DNA of 64,000 nucleotides, from assembly GCA_002269645.1 (NCBI GenBank), contig NIVC01003030.1, forward strand, positions 60,468-124,467. Direction: 5' to 3'. Below are positions 57,401 through 64,000 of the stretch, one piece after another (positions within the stretch are counted from its first letter, which is position 1; the number at the start of each line of letters is the position of its first letter). The notes beneath the pieces are model-generated. The model was not told where the DNA came from and did not search any database. It worked only from the letters and a program-made list of their open reading frames with translations. A program made the position numbers and the translations under genes. The stretch is from Macrostomum lignano. Its lineage: Eukaryota.

Positions 57401-60400
57401 GGAGAGTGACAGGCAGTAGTGAGAGATGACAGGCAGTAGTGAGAGAGTGACAGGCAGTAGTGAGAGAGTGACAGACAGTAGTGAGAGAGTGACAGACAGT
57501 AGTGGGAGCGGAGTGACAGGCAGTAGTGAGAGTGACAGACAGTAGTGGAGAGTGACAGACAGTATGAGAGTGACAGGCAGTAGTGGGAGAGTGACAGCAG
57601 TAGTGAGAGAGTGACAACAGTAGTGGAGAGTGACAGGCAGTAGTGGAGAGTGACAGGCAGTAGTGGGAAAATGATAGACACTACCGCTTCACAGAATCAC
57701 AGAATCACAGTACTGGAGCTGGAGAGCGACAGACAGACAGACAGAGAAAGACAGCAGAGAGTGACAAAGGACAGAATCACAGAACTGGAGCTGGAGAGTG
57801 ACAGACAGACAGACAGACAGCAGAGAGTGACAAAGGACAGAATCACAGAACTGGAGCTGGAGAGCGACAGACAGGCAGACAGCAGAGAGTGACAAAGGAC
57901 AGAATCACAGAACTGGAGCTGGAGAGCGACAGACAGGCAGACAGCAGAGAGTGACAAAGGACAGAATCACAGAACTGGAGCTGGAGAGCGACAGACAGGC
58001 AGACAGCAGAGAGTGACAAAGGACAGAATCACAGAACTGGAGCTGGAGAGTGACAGACAGGCAGACAGCAGAGAGTGACAAAGGACAGAATCACAGAACT
58101 GGAGCTGGAGAGCGACAGACAGGCAGACAGCAGAGAGTGACAAAGGACAGAATCACAGAACTGGAGCTGGAGAGCGACAGACAGGCAGACAGCAGAGAGT
58201 GACAAAGGACAGAATCACAGAACTGGAGCGCTGGAGAGCGACAGACAGGCAGACAGCAGAGAGTGACAAAGGACAGAATCACAGAACTGGAGCTGGAGAG
58301 TGACAGACAGGCAGACAGCAGAGAGTGACAAAGGACAGAATCACAAAACTGCAGCAGCCCGGAAGGAATGCCAGGCAAACGCAGCGGAGGAAGCCGGCAA
58401 TTTGCTGGGATGAAAAGGAAGCTGGGGCCTCAGCTTGCGCACCGGACCGGATGAGCAAACGACGAGCATGGCAGGAACTTGGAGATAATTATTTCCAGCA
58501 CTCCTTTGCACCCTGTTATTATCCCCCGTCTCGAGAGGTCACCTGAGCAGTCTGGAGCTGCAGCACTCGCTGGTAATAAGTTTCCACCCAGACAGGCGAA
58601 CTCACCAGTTCGGTCATGCAGCAGGATGTCCAGCTTAATAATTTCGTTCTCGTCCGCCTCTCCGATCATCCGGTTCCACTCGTTCAGCACCCTCAGGTCC
58701 AGCGACAGGCCGGAGAGCGGGCCCGGGACAGCAGCGGGCTGTCCTCGGACTTCCTGAGGGTGCAGAAGCAAATCGAGCTCGCTTGGATGTGAAGTTCGGT
58801 ATCAGGTACCTGCTGACCTGTCTGAGGTACCTGCTGACCTGTCTGAGGTACCTGCTGATCTGTCTAAGGTACCTGTTGACCCGTCTGAGGTACCTGCTGA
58901 CCTGTCTGAGGTACCTGCTGACCCGTCTGAGGTACCTGCTGACCCGTCTGAGGTACCTGCTGACCTGTCTGAGGTACCTGCTGACCCGTCTGAGGTACCT
59001 GCTGACCTGTCTGAGGTACCTGCTGACCTGTCTGAGGTACCTGCTGACCTGTCTGAGGTACCTGCTGACCTGTCTGAGGTACCTGCTGATCTGTCTAAGG
59101 TACCTGTTGACCCGTCTGAGGTACCTGCTGACCTGTCTGAGGTACCTGCTGACCCGTCTGAGGTACCTGCTGACCTGTCTGAGGTACCTGCTGACCTGTC
59201 TGAGGTACCTGCTGACCTGTCTGAGGTACCTGCTGACCTGTCTGAGGTACCTGCTGACCTGTCTGAGGTACCTGCTGACCTGTCTGAGGTACCTGCTGAC
59301 CTGTCTGAGGTACCTGTTGACCCGTCTGAGGTACCTGCTGACCTGTCTGAGGTACCTGCTGACCGTCTGAGGTACCTGCTGACCTGTCTGAGGTACCTGC
59401 TGACCTGTCTGAGGTACCTGCTGACCTGTCTGAGGTACCTGCTGACCTGTCTGAGCGCCAATACGACCCCCTAGACACGGCTCTCACCCGGTGTGAAACT
59501 GGCCATCGGGGTCGCCCACCGGCAGGCCGACCTCCGAGCCGGCACCGCTCTCGGGCACCCGGCATTCGATGTCGACGATAATGTCCGGGTAGGTGTGAAA
59601 GTTGCGGTCCCACATGACCTTCAGAGTGGCTTCCAGCACCTGATATGTCTGGAATTCGGGCACAGGAAATGCTTTGTTAGCGACAGGACTGCTTACCCAA
59701 CTGCCTACCCAACTGTCTACCCGACTGTCCACCCGACTGTCTACCCAACTGTCTACCCAACTGCCTACCCGACTGTCTACCCAACTGTCTACCCCACTGT
59801 CTAACCAACTGTCTACCCAACTGTCTACCCCACTGTCTACACAACTGTCTACCTATTTACCCAACCTTTCACTTCTTACCCGACCCTGATGCCTACCTAT
59901 CGCCTACACGATTGGCTACCAGACTGTCTACCAAAATTGCCTACTGAACTGCGACTATTTAACTGTCTACGAGACGGTCTACCTAACTGTCTAATGATTG
60001 CCCACTCATTGTATATTAAACGTCTACCTAACTGTCCACCTGTCTACACAAAATTCTAGGCAAAACTCTACTAAACTGTCCACTAAATCGTGTACTATAC
60101 TGTCTACCAAATCGTCTACTAAACTTTCCACCAAATCGTCTACTAAACTGTCCACAAAATCGTCTACTAAACTGTCCACCAAATCGTCTACTAAACTGTC
60201 CACCAAATCGTGTACTAAACTGTCCACCAAATCGTCTACTAAACTGTCCACCAAATCGTCTACTAAACTGTCCACCAAATCGTCTACTAAACTGTCTACC
60301 AAATCGTCTACTATACTGTCTACCAAATCGTCTACTAAACTGTCCACCAAATCGTCTACTAAACTGTCTACCAAATCGTCTACTAAACTGTCCACCAAAC

Positions 60401-63340
60401 CGTCTACTAAACTGTCACCAAATCGTCTACTAAACTGTCCACCAAATCGTCTACTAAACTGTCTACCAAATCGTCTACTATACTGTCTACCAAATCGTCT
60501 ACTAAACTGTCCACCAAATCGTCTACTAAACTGTCTACCAAATCGTCTACTAAACTGTCCACCAAATCGTCTACTAAACTGTCTACCGAACCGTCTACTA
60601 AACTGTCCACCAAATCGTCTACTAAACTGTCACCAAACCGTCTACTAAACTGTCCACCAAACCGTCTACTAAACTGTCTACCAAACCGTCTACTAAACTG
60701 TCCACCAAATCGTCTACTAAACTGTCCACCAAACCGTCTACTAAACTGTCCACCAAACCGTCTACTAAACTGTCCACCAAACCGTCTACTAAACTGTCCA
60801 CCAAACCGTCTACTAAACTGTCCACCAAATCGTCTACTAAACTGTCCACCAAACCGTCTACTAAACTGTCCACCAAACCGTCTACTAAACTGTCCACCAA
60901 ACCGTCTACTAAACTGTCCACCAAACCGTCTACTAAACTGTCTACCAAACCGTCTACTAAACTGTCTAGATTTACGAGCCCGTAAAAAATTCGTAGAAAC
61001 AGTTTGCTCAGTAAACTACTCAATTGCCTACCTAACTGTCTACCCGGCTGTCTACCCAAATGCCTACCCAACAGCCGGACCCCACATTACCGGGTAGCGA
61101 GTCCGCTGAACTATCCCCCTGCCGCAGGCGCTGTTCGAGTCCAGCGCCAGGATGCCGTGTAAACTCCATCTGGGGTCGGGTGCAGCCGGCACACCTGCTG
61201 CTGCTGCTGCAGGCTGCCGTAGCTCCCGATGAAGGCTGTGGAATTCTTGCTGGTCAACCTTTCTCTTAGCTGGTCATAGGGAGGGTTGTCGTAGTTGGGG
61301 TCGAACTTTACCACCATCTTTTTGGAGTGACAGCTCACGGACACTGATGAGGAGACAGAGGATTTGGGATGCTGGTGTTCGCTGAGCTCATTGATTTAGT
61401 AAAATGCTGTTAGAATACCGTTAGAGCCTGAAATAACTCGTGCTGTAAATGACTGTCTCTGATTCTGTAAATGACTGTCTGATTCTGTAAATAGCTGTCT
61501 CTGATTCTGTAAATGACTGTCTGATTCTGTAAATAGCTGTCTCTAATTCTGAAAATGACTGTCTCTGATTCTGTAAATAACTGTCTAATTCTGTAAATTT
61601 CTTTCAGATTCTGTAAATGACTGTCTGATTCTGTAAGTGCCTGTCTGATTCTGTAAATGTCTGTTTTAGGCCTGTAGGGTGTTCCTTGAGACTATAAGAT
61701 ACCGTAAACTACCTTCTGAACCTGTAAAATACTGTAATTGAGAATTTCGCTAATCCTTGAACAGTCTGTATTCGAAAGTAACTATACTGAAGCCGTGACA
61801 GCTTACAGTCAGGACACGTGCATCGCACACGCCATCGGGCTGGCACATCTTGACGCGGTAGTGTAAAACGCCCACCCCCACCCCCCGAGGCCAGGCAGGA
61901 GTGAAAAATCCAATTCTATATTGCATTCTCTCCTTAGCCCGCTGGCCGTCCGGCGGCACCCCCTGCTGCGCCGTCGGCGCTTGTCAAGTCTCCGCGCCAG
62001 TGTCTGGGCTGCAGATGCTTATCTTTGAGAGCTGTCCGGCCGACTGGGCCACCCCCCCCCCCTGAGGCTAATCAGCACCCCCCAGAGAGTTAATTCTCGT
62101 GGCTGTACAATCGCGGCTGCGTTTGCCGAAACATTTTTGTTTCAAACTGCCTGCTCTCTGATTGATGACTGGCCAGCTCTGTGGATTCTTAGTGCCGCGG
62201 ATAGCACTGTGGAGTCCGTGTATTCAGGTGTGTGTGTGTCAGGTGTTTTGGGTCAAAGGTGTTATTAGAATTGGTCAGTGTGTGTGTGTGTGTCAGGTGT
62301 TTTGGGTCAAAGGTGTTATTAGATTTGGTCAGGTGTGTGTGTGTGTGTGTCAGGTGTTTTGGGTCAAAGGTGTTATTAGAATTGGTCAGGTGTGTGTGTG
62401 TGTGTGTCAGGTGTTTTGGGCCAAAGGTGTTATTAGATTTGGGTCAGGTGTGTGTGTGTGTGTGTCAGGTGTTTTGGGTCAAAGGTGTTATTAGATTTGG
62501 TCAGGTGTGTGTGTGTGTGTGTGTCAGGTGTTTTGGGTCAAAGGGGTTATTAGAATTGGTCAGGTGTGTGTGTGTCAGGTGTTTTGGGCCAAAGGTGTTA
62601 TTAGATTTGGTCAGGTGTGTGTGTGTGTGTGTCAGGTGTTTTGGGTCAAAGGTGTTATTAGAATTGGTCAGGTGTGTGTGTGTGTGTGTCAGGTGTTTTG
62701 GGTCAAAGGTGTTATTAGAATTGGTCAGGTGTGTGTGTGTGTGTCAGGTGTTTTGGGTCAAAGGTGTTATTAGAATTGGTCAGGTGTGTGTGTGTGTGTG
62801 TGTCAGGTGTTTTGGGTCAAAGGGGTTATTAGAATTGGTCAGGTGTGTGTGTGTGTGTGTCAGGTGTTTTGGGTCAAAGGGGTTACTAGAATTGGTCAGG
62901 TGTGTGTGTGTCAGGTGTTTTGGGCCAAAGGTGTTATTAGATTTGGTCAGGTTGTGTGTGTGTGTGTGTGTGTGTCAGGTGTTTTGTTTGGCCAAAGGTG
63001 TTATCAGAATTGGTCAGGTGTGTGGTGTGTGTGTGTGTGTGTGTGTGTGTGTCAGGTGTTTTGGGCCAAAGGTGTTATTAGAATTGTCAGGTCAAGGGTC
63101 GGGTCAAAGTGTAACACATATTAAACATGCATTTAGAACAGCCCACACGCCTAAACCGAAAGCTCACCGTGCTGTTTTGAGCAGTACTGCTTGACAGTGG
63201 CGCCTCCACATTCGGGGTGGACAGCCGCTTCGGACACAGACAGCCGGTCTCGGTGGAGTTGGTGGCGGCGTAGCACTGGCCGTACTGCTTGGCGGCCTTG
63301 CATTCTCTGCAGTGCTCAGAGTCCAAGTCCAGAGTCTTGA
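54432..63340 (-). CDS. ZP-domain single-pass membrane protein (EGF-like cysteine module, ZP-N/ZP-C, furin-like site, TM, cytoplasmic tail); 5' part beyond the window; several 1-nt indels
   Basis: Approximate exons 63340-63168, 62008-61807, 61371-61091, 59648-59488, 58753-58606, 56759-56616, ~56440-56153, ~55155-54432. Motifs VSCHSKKMVVKF, DIECRVP, FPAFRLGNSPNLYFRCTVRVC, AKRS, TM QVIVIILILLVLLALVSGLVIVVYRRR. Frame breaks near 61950, 61156, 58725, 56728 and 56175. Confidence 0.75.
55240..56130. repeat. 22-mer array (CTCCCTCTGCCCTTCCCCATA), ZP-gene intron
   Basis: Direct reading. Confidence 0.96.
56830..58345. repeat. Two adjacent arrays in one ZP-gene intron: GAGAGTGACAGACAGTAGTG (56830-57670) and a 60-mer (57690-58345)
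   Basis: Direct reading. Confidence 0.93.
58803..59455. repeat. 21-mer array (GAGGTACCTGCTGACCTGTCT), ZP-gene intron
   Basis: About 31 copies. Confidence 0.96.
59690..61060. repeat. 12/24-mer CTGTCTACC-core arrays (TCTACTAAACTGTCCACCAAATCG), ZP-gene intron
   Basis: Direct reading. Confidence 0.95.
61445..61660. repeat. 20-22-mer array (GATTCTGTAAATGACTGTCT), ZP-gene intron
   Basis: Direct reading. Confidence 0.9.
62225..63085. repeat. ~55-mer array with variable (GT)n, ZP-gene intron
   Basis: Direct reading. Confidence 0.95.
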
Positions 63341-63397
63341 CTGAGTTGGAGCAGTGGGGGTGAATTTGGTCGTTAAGATTTACCTTTATTACCATAG

Positions 63398-64000
63398 ATA
63401 CTCAAATCCAAGCGATACTCAAATCCAAGAGATACTCTAATCCCAGAGACACTCAAATCCAAGTGATACTCAAATCCCAGAGACACTCAAATCCAATTGA
63501 TACTCAAATCCAAGAGATACTCAAATCCTAGAGATACTCTAATCCCAGGATACTCAAATCCAAGAGATACTCAAATCCAAGAGATACTCTAATCCCAGAG
63601 ACACTCAAATCCAAGTGATACTCAAATCCAGAGACACTCAAATCCAATTGATACTCAAATCCAAGAGATACTCAAATCCTAGAGATACTCTAATCCAGGG
63701 ATACTCAAATCCCAAAGATACTCAAATCCCTGAGATACTCAAATCCAGGAGATACTCAAATCCCAGAGATACTCAAATCCAAGATACTCAAATCCCAGAG
63801 ATACTCAAATCCACAGAGATACTTCAATCCCAGAGATACTCAAATCCCAGAGATACTCAAATCCACGGATACTCAAATCCCAAAGATACTCAAATCCCAC
63901 AGACACTCAAACCCAAGATACTCAAATCCCGAGATACTCAACAATCCAGAGATACTCAAATCCACAGATACTCAAATCCCACAGATACTCAAATCCCAGA
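63398..64000. repeat. ~18-mer array (GAGATACTCAAATCCCA), ZP-gene intron
   Basis: Runs to the window edge. Confidence 0.93.

Noticed and set aside
59440-59490. Idea that the 21-mer array is an amplified exon-intron junction
   Set aside because: The coding frame stops before the array, and the real donor is GG|GTGAGA at 59487.
58783-61071. LRYLLTC, SAGTSDR and LVDSLVDD repeat ORFs
   Set aside because: Minisatellite translations inside ZP-gene introns bounded by good splice sites.

Overview
Eukaryotic (metazoan) genomic DNA with spliceosomal introns, GC/CpG-rich exons and introns filled with private minisatellites. This style most resembles a free-living flatworm such as Macrostomum (inference, not verified). 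Six protein-coding genes are recognisable: midasin/MDN1 (minus strand, 16 exons, all six AAA modules, running off the left edge); a tight plus-strand run of YTHDC1, EDC4, TMEM192 and ADCK1; and a convergent minus-strand ZP-domain membrane protein gene that runs off the right edge and carries several 1-nt indels. Between midasin and YTHDC1 lies an 11-kb AT-rich block (17.4-28.6 kb). It is sharply CpG-depleted and contains nested non-autonomous DNA transposons, whose paired copies show CG>TG/CA/TA and CA/TG>TA changes, a RIP-like signature. The main leads are: (i) this localised C-to-T hypermutation domain; (ii) a probable SL-trans-spliced operon in which midasin, ADCK1 and perhaps TMEM192 lack an obvious genomic start codon, while midasin and ADCK1 have phase-0 acceptors that fit a leader-donated AUG; (iii) intronic arrays made of tandem splice-site look-alikes. 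Most long ORFs in the supplied track are artefacts of tandem repeats. No rRNA, tRNA or CRISPR array was seen. All exon boundaries were read by eye.
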